Origin: an uncultured delta proteobacterium
GTDB lineage: Bacteria; Desulfobacterota; Binatia; UBA9968
Assembly: GCA_963737905.1 (NCBI GenBank)
Contig: CAVTUQ010000026.1
Coordinates: 32,001 to 96,000, forward strand
Direction: 5' to 3'
Length of the DNA: 64,000 bases
The first letter of the stretch is position 1, and the number at the start of each line of letters is the position of its first letter. A program made the translations under genes and the position numbers. Below, piece by piece: positions 20,465 through 30,560 of the stretch. Below the pieces are notes generated by a model. It did not search any database, had not been told where the DNA came from, and worked only from the letters and a program-made list of their open reading frames with translations.

Positions 20465-20688
20465 AATACCAAATTGGGCTGCGAGGGTTGTGCGCGTCGG
20501 GTGCTTGCAAGGTATATGAGAGGAAAGAAAATGGCATAAAGGGTGCCAGCCAAACAAGCAGGCACATAGCCTCCAACTGATCCTTGACGGCAGTACTTCA
20601 ATTCAACTAAACATAGGCGACCATTCGAGTGGAATTTTAGACTGGACGAAACAATCCCGTGTTGCGGCGCGGCCGATGAGAGCTACAT

Positions 20689-21000
20689 GTGGATATTGAA
20701 GATATCAGGCGTAAGGTTACTGAGGGAAGGTACCCTATCTCTTTTACTCACACTGAAAAATTACGATTGAGAAGAATAAAAGCCGTGGACATTGAGCAGG
20801 CGGTAAAATCGGGTAATATCATCGAAGACTATCCCAATGATCCGAGGGGAGCCAGTTGTTTAATCCTTGGCCGTGTCGGCAACAGACCTTTACATATTCT
20901 CTTTGCCCAATTGGAAGCGCAAGAGATTCTTGTTGTCACTGCGTATGAGCCTGATCCGGAAGAGTGGGAAAATGATTGGCAAACAAGGAAGGCGAGGTGA
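20689..21000 (+). CDS. DUF4258-family protein (putative toxin)
   Basis: IIEDYPNDPRGASCLILG, RPLHI, VVTAYEPDPEEW. Confidence 0.85.
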   Translation: MDIEDIRRKVTEGRYPISFTHTEKLRLRRIKAVDIEQAVKSGNIIEDYPNDPRGASCLILGRVGNRPLHILFAQLEAQEILVVTAYEPDPEEWENDWQTRKAR

Positions 21001-21004
21001 GTTT

Positions 21005-21244
21005 ATGATTACGGAATGTTACTTCTGCAAGGGTAAAGTGGTCGAAGTGAAAACTGAAGTCGATTTTCGCTGGGGTAAGAAGCTCAAGGTTCTGAAAAAT
21101 GTTCCGGCGCGCGTTTGCCAACAATGTGGAGAGAAATACTTTGAAGCGACTATTTACAAGGCAATGGAGAGGCTTGTCATCCGTCGAGTAAAACCATCGG
21201 CCCGTATGAGTGTGGATGTAGTTCAATTTAAAGAAGCCGTATGA
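21005..21244 (+). CDS. YgiT/MqsA-type zinc-finger protein (putative antitoxin)
   Basis: CYFCKG ... NVPARVCQQCGEKYF. Confidence 0.85.
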   Translation: MITECYFCKGKVVEVKTEVDFRWGKKLKVLKNVPARVCQQCGEKYFEATIYKAMERLVIRRVKPSARMSVDVVQFKEAV

Positions 21245-21377
21245 AGCCAGAAACGCAAGAGTTGACCACCCAATGTTTACCGCTTGACGCTGACCCAACA
21301 CCTCCAATAGATATTACATGCAACCGTTGAGCTCATGAAAGCCGACGGGGTCATGACATCCGTTGAGAGCTAACTCT

Positions 21378-21420
21378 AAAGACTAGGCCCGGACTGGGTT
21401 TCCCCAGCCGGGCTTGCTTT
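21378..21420 (+). terminator. Terminator-like GC hairpin with T-rich tail immediately 5' of the first GAF kinase start
   Basis: gcccgg(a)ctggg-tttc-cccagccgggc followed by ttgcttt-ATG. Confidence 0.4.
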
Positions 21421-24400
21421 ATGAAAACTCCCTCTAAAAAACTTGCGCAGAAACCAAACACGAAGGTCCGCGCTACTTCAAACGCGGTGTCTATTGCGGA
21501 ACTAAAGAAGACCATCGCCGCGCAGGTGCAAGAGTTGCAACAGGCTGCTAAGCAGCAAGACGCGACCAGCGAAGTCTTGCGCATGATCGCCACCGCACCG
21601 GGGAACCTGCAGGGGGTGCTGGATGCTCTCGCAGAACGTGCCGCGCGTCTTTGCGAGTCCTACGACGCCGTTATCCAGCGTGTCGATGGTGATTTCTTGT
21701 TCCGGGCAGCCCATTTTGGTCCTGTGCCGGTGGGTGAAATTCGACCAATACCACTCACTCGCGAGCTCCCGTCCGGGCGGGCCATTGTCGACCGGCAGAC
21801 GGTTCATGTCGACGATGTTGTGTTGGAGATCGAGACTGAGTACCCAGATGTCGCAGAGATCCAAAAACGTAGCGGAAGTCGGACAGTCCTTGCCACGCCC
21901 TTACTGAGCCGGGGTGTTCCCATCGGGGTTATTAATGTCCGCCGCATGGAGGTTCAACGCTTCTCGGACAAACAGATCAAACTGCTCGAAACCTTCGCTG
22001 ACCAGGCCGTCATTGCCATCGAGAACGCGCGGCTTTTCCGAGAATTAAAGGAATCGTTGGCGCAGCAAACGGCGACGAGTGAAATATTGGGCGTCATCGC
22101 TAGCTCGCCGACGGATATTCAGCCGGTATTGGATGTCATTGCTGAGAACGCCGCGCGCATTTGTGGAACGTCTGATGTCTCCATCGTTCGCGTCGAGGAT
22201 GATGGCTATAGGGTCGTCGCGACTTACGGCTCTGCGCCCAACTGGACGTCCGGAGAAACCCGTCCCCTCGATCGCGGTTCCGTGGTTGGCCGTGCGATTG
22301 TCGACTCTGAGACGATACATATCGATGATGTCCGAGCAGTCGAAGAGGACTTTTGGAGCGCGGGTGCGGCACGAGCGGGTTTAAGAACCCTGGCCGCGAT
22401 TCCACTACTGCGCGAGGGAATCGCGATCGGTGCAATCTCGATCCGCCGCACGGAGGTTCGTCCTTTCTCAGAAAAACAAATCGGTCTTCTAAAAACCTTC
22501 GCCGACCAGGCCGTGATCGCCATCGAGAACGTGCGACTGTTCAAGGAACTGCAAGAGCTTAACGCAGAATTGCGCGAAGCCCTGGAGCACCAGACGGCAA
22601 CGTCCGAAGTGCTCGGCATCATCAGCCGCTCGCCGACCGACGTGCAGCCGGTGCTCGACGCCATCGTCGAGAGCGCCGCTCGGGTTTGCGGGATCGATGA
22701 TTTAGTGCTGCACATTCAGGAAGGGGACCGTCTTGTTTCGCGTGCTCATTTTGGCTCCATACCTGTGCCAAGCGGCCGCCTCGACATCGGCATGGATGAT
22801 TTACAATTTCGCTGGATGCGCGAGCACGGCACGCTTCACATTCCCGACGTTAACGAGCAGAACGACTTTCAAATCGTGAACATCAGTGGGTGGCGCAGTT
22901 TTTTGGCCGTTCCCCTACGTCAGCAGGAGGAACTCATTGGAGGATTGACCGCACGTCGCATCGAGGTGCGTCCCTTCACGCCGGCGCAGATCCGGCTACT
23001 TGAGACCTTCGCTGACCAGGCCGTCATCGCCATTGAGAACATACGGTTATTTCAAGAACTCAAAGAATCGTTGGAGCAGCAGACTGCAACAAGCGAAATT
23101 CTGGGCGTCATTGCCAGCTCGCCGACGGACATTCAACCGGTGTTAGACGTCGTCGCCGAAAATGCTGCACGACTGTGCGATGCCAGCGACGCGTTAATAT
23201 TTCGGGTGGACGGGGATATTCTTCGATTCGCGGCAAAATACGGTACCATGCCGGTCGCGGAGGCTAACCGTCCGATCGTTCGTGACACCCCAGGAGGTCG
23301 AGCCGTTGTTGACCGACAAACAATTCATGTCCGAGACCTCGCAGCTGAGATCGAAACTGAGTACCCGCAGTATGAGAACAGGAGTACTCGTACCGCACTC
23401 GCCACGCCTCTGCTTCGCGAGGGCATCCCGATCGGACTAATTTTTATTCGGCGGACCGAGGTACGGCCGTTTTCAGACAGACAGATCGCCTTGCTCAAGA
23501 CCTTTGCTGCTCAAGCGGTCATCGCCATTGAGAACGTGCGGTTGTTCAAGGAGATCCAGGAGCGCAACGCAGAATTGCGTGAGGCCCTGGAGCATCAGAC
23601 CGCAACCGCCGAGGTGCTGGGCATCATCAGCCGCTCGCCGACGGACGTGCAGCCGGTGCTCGACGCCATCGTCGAGAGCGCGGCGCGGGTTTGTGGAATT
23701 GATGACGTGATGCTGCGACTCCGCGAGGGGAACACAATGGTGTGCGCGGGCCCATTTTGGTCCTATACCTAACGTCCGTGCGTCGAGATCAGTAGTGAGG
23801 ATCCACGGTTTCACTGGATGCGTGAACATGGCACACTGCATATTCCTGACGTCCGCGCGCACAGAACGATTTTCTAACGTTGGGTTCCGTTACTGGCTTC
23901 CGCACCTACTTAGGCGCTCCCCTTCGCCAGCATGGGGAATTATTGGAGGATTGGGCGCGCGTCGGATCGAAGTGCGTCCCTTCACTCCGGCGCAGATCAA
24001 GCTCCTCGAAACCTTCGCTGACCAGGCGGTCATCGCCATTGAGAACGTGCGGCTGTTCCAGGAACTTAAGGAGTCGTTGGAGCAGCAAACCGCGACGAGT
24101 GAAATATTGGGCGTCATCGCTAGCTCGCCGACGGACATTCAGCCTGTGTTGGATGCGGTCGCGGCGAATGCCGCGCGGCTCTGCGATGCGAGCGATGCTT
24201 TGATTGATCGCGTCGATGGTGATGTCTTTGAGCATGTAGCGGTGTATGGCGCAATGCCGGTCGCGGGAAGCCGACGGCCTCTAACTCGTAGCACGCCCGC
24301 CGGCCGAGCCATCATCGACCGCAGAACCATTCACATTCATGATGTTGTGCCCGAGCTTGAAACAGAGTACCCGGAAGCCAAGGCGCGCCAGCAAGTTACA

Positions 24401-27400
24401 GGCACGCGCACTGTTCTTGTTACGCCATTGCTTCGTGAAGGAGTTGCGATCGGCACAATTCAGATTCGCCGATCGGAAGTTCGTCCTTTCTCGGAGAAGC
24501 AAATCGCCCTGCTCAAAACCTTCGCCGACCAGGCAGTGATCGCGATCGAGAACGTGCGGCTGTTCAAGGAGATCCAGGAGCGCAACGCAGAATTGCGCGA
24601 GGCGCTGGAGCATCAGACCGCAACGGCCGAGGTGCTCGGCATCATCAGCCGCTCGCCGACGGACGTGCAGCCGGTGCTCGACGCTATCGTCGAAAGCGCG
24701 GCAAGGGTTTGCGGGATCGATGATATGATCTTGCGACTCTGCGAGGGCAACACCATGGTCGCGCGCGCACATTTCGGTCAGATGGCCCTTCCTGAAGGCG
24801 AAATTGGTACAGATGCGCCGCCGGTTCTGTTGGGTGCGGGAGCACGGCACGCTCCACGTTCCTGATATCCGTACGCAGAATGATATTCCCGTTTGTGTTT
24901 CCTGGCACGTTGCGCACTTTTTTAATAGTTCCCCTTCGTCAGCATGGACAACTCATTGGAACCCTGACGGCGCGTCGCATCGAGGTGCGTCCTTTCACCC
25001 CGGTGCAGATTAAGCTGCTCGAAACCTTCGCCGATCAAGCCGTCATCGCCATTGAGAACGTGCGGCTGTTCCAAGAACTAAAAGAGTCTTTGGAGCAGCA
25101 GACGGCGACGAGTGAAATTCTGGGCGTCATCGCAAGCTCGCCGACGGATATCCAGCCCGTATTGGACACCATCGCTGAGAATGCTGCGCGCGTGTGCGGC
25201 TCATACGACGCGCTGATTCGACTAGTCGAGGGGGATAAGCTGCGACTGGTGGCGCACTATGGCCCCTTGGAACCGGGTTTCGATCTCGAGCAAGCCTTGA
25301 CGCGCGACTCCGTCGGCGGCCGGGCTGTCCTTGATCGCGAGCTAATCCACATTGAAGATTTGATGGCCGTTGCTGCAACCAAGTTTCCAGAGGCGGTCAG
25401 CGCTGTCGAGCGTATGGGTGGTCGCACGATACTTGCCGCGCCCTTACTACGCGAGGGCGTTGCGATCGGGGTGATTTTTATTCGTCGAACCGAGGTACGT
25501 CCGTTTACGGACAAGCAGATCGCGCTTCTCAAAACCTTTGCTTCTCAGGCGGTGATCGCTATCGAGAACGTGCGATTGTTCAAGGAGATCCAGGAGCGCA
25601 ACGCAGAATTGCGCGAGGCCCTGGAGCATCAGACCGCAACAGCCGAGGTGCTCGGTATCATCAGCCGCTCGCCGACGGACGTGCAGCCCGTGCTCGACGC
25701 CATTGTCGAAAGCGTGGCAAAGGTTTGTGGGATTGATGACGTGGGGCTGCGACTTCACGAGGGGAACACTATGGTTTCGCGGGCACATTTTGGTCCCATG
25801 CCCATCGTCCGCGTCGAGATCAGCATTGATGAGCCACACTATCGCTGGATGCGCGAGCGTGGCACGCTCCATATTCCTGACATCCGCGCGCAGAACGATT
25901 TCCCGACCGTAGGCTCCGCCGGCGGCTGGCGCACCTATTTAGCCGCTCCCCTTCGTCAGCAGGGGAAACTCATCGGCGCACTGAACGCGCGCCGCACCGA
26001 AGTACGCCCCTTCACGCCGGCGCAGATCAAACTACTTGAAACCTTCGCTGATCAAGCCGTCATAGCCATTGAAAATGTCCGCCTGTTCAAGGAACTGCAG
26101 GAACGTAACCACGACCTCACCGAGGCGCTGGAGCAGCAGACCGCCACGAGCGAGATTCTGCGCGTGATCGCCAGCTCGCCGACCGATGTGCAACCGGTGC
26201 TAGATGTCGTGGCGGAGAATGCAGCGCGACTTTGCGACGCGTCCGACGCTTTGATCCTTCGCGTCGCTGGCGACACCCTTCAGACGGTGGCGAGATTTGG
26301 ACCAATTGCAAGTGCTGCTTCCAGGGTAATCAGTCGCGGCTTTCCAGGGGGCCGCGCTGTGATCGACCAGCAGACCATACATGTCCATGACATGGCTGCA
26401 GCAGTCGAAACCGAGTTCCCGGAGGCTCGTATCCTTCAACAACTTTCGAGCGCTCGAACTGTTCTCGCTACACCATTACTCCGAGAGGGTATTGCAATCG
26501 GCTGTATTACGATTCGACGACCCGAGGTCCATCCCTTTAGCGACAAGCAAATCTCCCTGCTTAAAACCTTCGCCGACCAGGCCGTGATCGCCATCGAGAA
26601 CGTGCGGTTGTTTAAAGAATTGGATGAGCGAACCAACGAATTGACACGCTCGGTGGGCGAGCTCAAAGCCCTCGGCGAAGTCGGTCAAGTGGTAAGCTCG
26701 ACTCTGGATCTCGAAACCGTGCTGACGAGAATCGTCTCCCACGCGGTTCAGTTGAGCGGCACCGACGGCGGGGCGATTTACGAATACGACGAGCAATCGG
26801 AAGAGTTTCTTCTGCGTGCAACCGATCATATGGAGGACGAACTCATCAACGCGCTGCGTGCTAATCCGCCTCGGCTAGGAGATGGTGTAGTCGGACGGGC
26901 AGCGGCCAGCTCGTGAACCGGTCCAGGTCCCCAATATCTTGGAGGAGCGCGGCTTACGCGCCGCGCATGCGCCAATTGCTGGAACGTTTCGGTTTCCGCG
27001 CCAGCCTGGCCGTTCCGTTGCTGCGCGAAGACCACATCATCGGTAGTCTAGTGGTAAGGCGAAAATCGATTGGCGACTTTCGCCCCGAAGTTATCGAGCT
27101 TTTGAAAACCTTCGCCACCCAGTCAGTGTTAGCGATCCAAAACGCGCGGCTGTTCCGTGAGATCGAGGATAAGAGCCGCCAGATCGAGGCCGCTAACCGG
27201 CACAAATCTGAATTCCTGGCCAACATGTCCCACGAACTACGCACCCCGCTCAATGCGATTATCGGGTTCTCCGAAGTCTTGGGAGAGAGGCTTTTTGGCG
27301 AGCTGAACGAGAAACAAGCCGAGTACACAGACGACATTCTCACTTCCGGTCGCCATCTTTTGTCCCTCATCAATGAGATTCTCGATCTCTCAAAGGTCGA

Positions 27401-27887
27401 GGCCGGGCGCATGGAGCTGGAGCTGGCTACATTCGATCTGCCGCTGGCGATAGACAATGCGCGAACCTTCGTACGCGAGCGCGCCACCAGGCACGGCATT
27501 AATCTCGACGTTACAGTCGACGAGCGCCTTGGGGATTTCAGCGGCGATGAGCGCAAGATCAAGCAGATTCTACTCAATCTGCTTTCCAATGCCGTTAAGT
27601 TCACGCCGGAGGGGGGACGGATCGGCATTAACGCCAGGCAGACCGACGGCGTAGTGGAAATCTCCGTCACTGACACAGGTATTGGCATCGCCCCGGAGGA
27701 CCAGCCCAAGATCTTCGAGGAGTTTCGCCAGGTGGGCTCCGACTATGTTCACAAAAGCGAGGGGACAGGACTGGGGTTAACCTTGGCCAAGAAGTTCGTC
27801 GAGCTGCACGGAGGAAGGATTTGGGTAGAGAGCGAAGTAGGGAAGGGCTCCACCTTTATCTTCACCCTACCTATCAACCTGGTGTGA
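21421..27887 (+). CDS. Giant cytoplasmic sensor histidine kinase (HK1), 11 tandem GAF domains plus HisKA-HATPase, about 2150 aa when frameshifts are repaired
   Basis: Repeated [43 protein letters not shown]; H-box [12 protein letters not shown]-box [21 protein letters not shown]; split over ORFs 21421, 23795, 24880, 26913. Confidence 0.9.
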
Positions 27888-27922
27888 AGGGTGAGGGGTA
27901 AGGGGTGAGGAGAAAAACTGCA

Positions 27923-28086
27923 GAAATCCGAAGCACGAAATCCGAAATTCGAAACAAATTTAAAACGAGAAAGAAACGAGACAATGTTCCAAAGAGAGTG
28001 ATCGGATTCCGAGTTTTGGATTTTCTTCGTTTTCCGGTTTTGGGTTCCGTTTGTTTCGGATTTCGAAATTCGGATTTCGGAATTTT
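27923..28086. repeat. Palindromic element CGAAATCCGAAATTCGAAACAA..TTCGGATTTCG after HK1; second copy after HK2
   Basis: Heptamer-based inverted arms with an inner AT-rich stem. Confidence 0.8.
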
Positions 28087-28271
28087 AGTACGGGGACTTG
28101 GCGCCTTAGCGCCCCTTCGACGGAGTTTATCCTGAGCTTAGCCGATGGACTCAGGACATGCTTAGCGGGAGAAAAATCCGAGTCCGAAAATGAATGATCG
28201 CGCGCAAAGCATACCCTAAGCGAAGTGCGCTCTGCTATGAAGTTGGAACGTCGAATCGGAGGAAACATAAT

Positions 28272-28502
28272 ATGTCGCAAACGATAGCTATTAAATTGTC
28301 GGTGCCGGATGATCTAGCCCGTTTTTGTTTACCAGACGGTGTTAACGCCCGACTCCAAGAACTGTTAGACCGCCAAGATAGGGGCCAGCGACTGACCCCG
28401 GCGGAGCGAAAGGAAGCAGAGGGTCTGGTGAATCTGGCCGAGCTGCTTTCGCTGCTGCGGCTGCGCGTTGAACGAATCGGCAGTCGGCGGACAAAGAGCT
28501 GA
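28272..28502 (+). CDS. Small antitoxin-like partner of the HNH nuclease
   Basis: RLQELLDRQ..LTPAERKEAEGLV; stop overlaps HNH start (TGATG); GGAGG RBS. Confidence 0.75.
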   Translation: MSQTIAIKLSVPDDLARFCLPDGVNARLQELLDRQDRGQRLTPAERKEAEGLVNLAELLSLLRLRVERIGSRRTKS

Positions 28503-28918
28503 TGAGCGATGTTCCCGCTCGATTGCGCCGCTTGGTCTTGCGACGTGCGGGTGCCCGATGCGAATACTGTGGATTGTCACAGGAAGGCCAAGAGGCAAGT
28601 TTCCACGTGGATCATATTGTGCCCAAGGTGGCAGGGGGTCCGACTCTTGCGGACAACCTGGCCCTTGCCTGCGTCTCGTGTTCCTTACGAAAGGAAGCGC
28701 GACGCTCCGCCGTCGATCCGATGACCGGTCGCAAGGTCGCTCTATTCCATCCGCGCCGTCAGCGATGGCGACATCACTTTCGCTGGGCGGGCGTTCGTAT
28801 CTTGGGTTTGACTCCGACCGGGCGGGCAACTGCTTCCGCTTTGCGGATGAATCGTCCGCTCATTCTATCAATACGCGAGGAGGAGGCACTGCGTGATCGG
28901 CATCCTCCACCGAACTAA
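28502..28918 (+). CDS. HNH endonuclease
   Basis: CEYC, FHVDHIVP, NLALACVSC, LFHPRRQRW..HF, TPTGRAT. Confidence 0.9.
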   Translation: MSDVPARLRRLVLRRAGARCEYCGLSQEGQEASFHVDHIVPKVAGGPTLADNLALACVSCSLRKEARRSAVDPMTGRKVALFHPRRQRWRHHFRWAGVRILGLTPTGRATASALRMNRPLILSIREEEALRDRHPPPN

Positions 28919-29005
28919 ACGAGGCGATCTACGGGTGAGTCAGGTTTTCTCAGGCAACTTTCCATTGAGAGGTTTCCTGGTAAAGCCAGTAAGATTGATG
29001 GTAGG

Positions 29006-29226
29006 TTCGCGCAAAGACGCAAAGGGGTGCCAAGTTCGGAGTATTAGGAAAAAGAATTTTACTTTGCGAGGTTAGCGTGCTGGGCGCGAGATAAATCCGA
29101 ATCCGCAAAACATGTCCTGAGACCAAGTCGAAGGGACGCAAAGACGCTCATTTGTGACAGAGAGTGAAATTAGCAAGATCATCCTTAAGTCTTATAAACT
29201 TTGCGCCTTAGCGTCTTTGCGGGAGA
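29006..29226. repeat. Nested REP-like palindromes, CGCAAAG/CTTTGCG family (also about 16669-16728 and 47888-47966)
   Basis: cgcgcaaagacgcaaag...ctttgcgccttagcgtctttgcggga. Confidence 0.7.
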
Positions 29227-29241
29227 ATTATCCGAACTCTT

Positions 29242-29622
29242 ATGGCTAACGAACTTATTTTGATCATCGAAGATAACGAGAAGAACCGGAAGCTCGTGCG
29301 CGACGTGCTCCAGGTCAAGGGCTACAAAACCATCGAGAGCGAGACGGCTGAAGATGGTCTCAAGCTCGCGCTGGAAAAATCTCCTGCCCTCGTCCTCATG
29401 GACATCCAGCTTCCCGGAATGGATGGAATTACGGCTCTGAAGGAGCTCCGGGCCGACTCACAAACGAAGAGTATACCTGTCATTGCGATCACCGCATCGG
29501 CCATGACCAACAACCGCCAGGCGATGTTGGCTGAAGGGTTTGACGGCTATCAGAGTAAGCCGATCAGCGTTAAGGACTTTCTCGGAGAAGTAGAAAGAGT
29601 GCTCGCTAGCCACGCAAACTAA
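29242..29622 (+). CDS. Single-domain response regulator (DivK-like receiver)
   Basis: IIEDNEKN, LMDIQLPGMDG, AITASAM, SKPIS. Confidence 0.92.
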   Translation: MANELILIIEDNEKNRKLVRDVLQVKGYKTIESETAEDGLKLALEKSPALVLMDIQLPGMDGITALKELRADSQTKSIPVIAITASAMTNNRQAMLAEGFDGYQSKPISVKDFLGEVERVLASHAN

Positions 29623-29722
29623 AAAATTCTAACTTGCGCAAGATCTAAGCGTAAAAAACGGATTGTGAAACTCGATAGCTTCAATCCAGAATCTAGGTCG
29701 AAGTCGAAAATCCAAAGTGGAA

Positions 29723-30001
29723 CTACTGCATCCCTAGCCGTTGCTCGATATGATCCAGGCGGTCCTCGAGAATCCGCTGTTTGAAGATAGCTGCGCGTAA
29801 GCATTGATTAATGAGCGTCTGGTACTTGCCGCCCTCTTGCTTCGCTTTTTCTTTGAAATAGTTCACGACATCCCCGTCCAAGCGAATATGAACATTGATC
29901 TTAACATTGGGCATTGCAATGTCTTCCTCCTGATAGGTACGGGGGCGTGGAATTTGGCGGAATCGACTGCTAGTCACTTTTTTCCTTTTTTGCTTTCTCA
30001 T
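29723..30001 (-). CDS. brnA: BrnA-family antitoxin
   Basis: KINVHIRLDGDVVNYFK..GKYQTLINQCLR. Confidence 0.88.
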   Translation of the reverse strand: MRKQKRKKVTSSRFRQIPRPRTYQEEDIAMPNVKINVHIRLDGDVVNYFKEKAKQEGGKYQTLINQCLRAAIFKQRILEDRLDHIEQRLGMQ

Positions 30002-30260
30002 ATTCCCTCCGTTCACGGCGTCGTTCTTGCGCCGAAATTAGCCTGAGTCTGTCAACCGAAAGGGTATAAACGACGGTTATAATACGACCGCTTTTCATTT
30101 TGCCGGTGCGCCAAAGACGCTGCTCGGTGCGCGACGAATGAGCCAGATCCTCCTTTTCGATCCCATCAGTGTCGGTGAAGACCTGTAAAGCCTCCGCAAA
30201 GGAGATTCCGTGTTTCTCGGTGTTGGTCGCGTCTTTGGCATCGTCCCATTCCCATTCCAT
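29970..30260 (-). CDS. brnT: BrnT-family toxin
   Basis: EWDDAKDATNTEKHGISFAEA, RLISA..RERREY; overlaps brnA. Confidence 0.9.
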   Translation of the reverse strand: MEWEWDDAKDATNTEKHGISFAEALQVFTDTDGIEKEDLAHSSRTEQRLWRTGKMKSGRIITVVYTLSVDRLRLISAQERRRERREYEKAKKEKSD

Positions 30261-30560
30261 CTATGTACATATTGTATCCATGCGGACGACGGGATACAAG
30301 CAATCGGTTTTTTTGCATTTCCTTTGTGTCGTTCGCCTTTGCCGGTAACCGCGACGAGTGAGACGCTCAAGCACCCGGCCATCGCTCACACGCTCCTTTA
30401 TGCACGTTACGGCCGGCCTCTGGATCGTAACCTTCTGCAGGGTTTCCTTGACGACCGTAACCACCTGGCGTAAAAGACAGCTCAGCCGCTGGGTGAGCCA
30501 TCTGCGATCGCTCACATGGTAAGTTGGCCGTGCGGCGCATATCGATCTCCGTCATTTTTT

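Noticed and set aside
20532-20548. TGGCATAAAGGGTGCCA as a sigma54 promoter
   Set aside because: GG-N10-GC spacing fits, but it lacks TTGC and is far from the next start. It could be a chance palindrome.
21421-27887. Phytochrome/cyanobacteriochrome photoreceptor, or programmed frameshifting
   Set aside because: No DIP/CH bilin-binding motifs are seen. The indels are at non-equivalent positions and lack obvious slippery sites.
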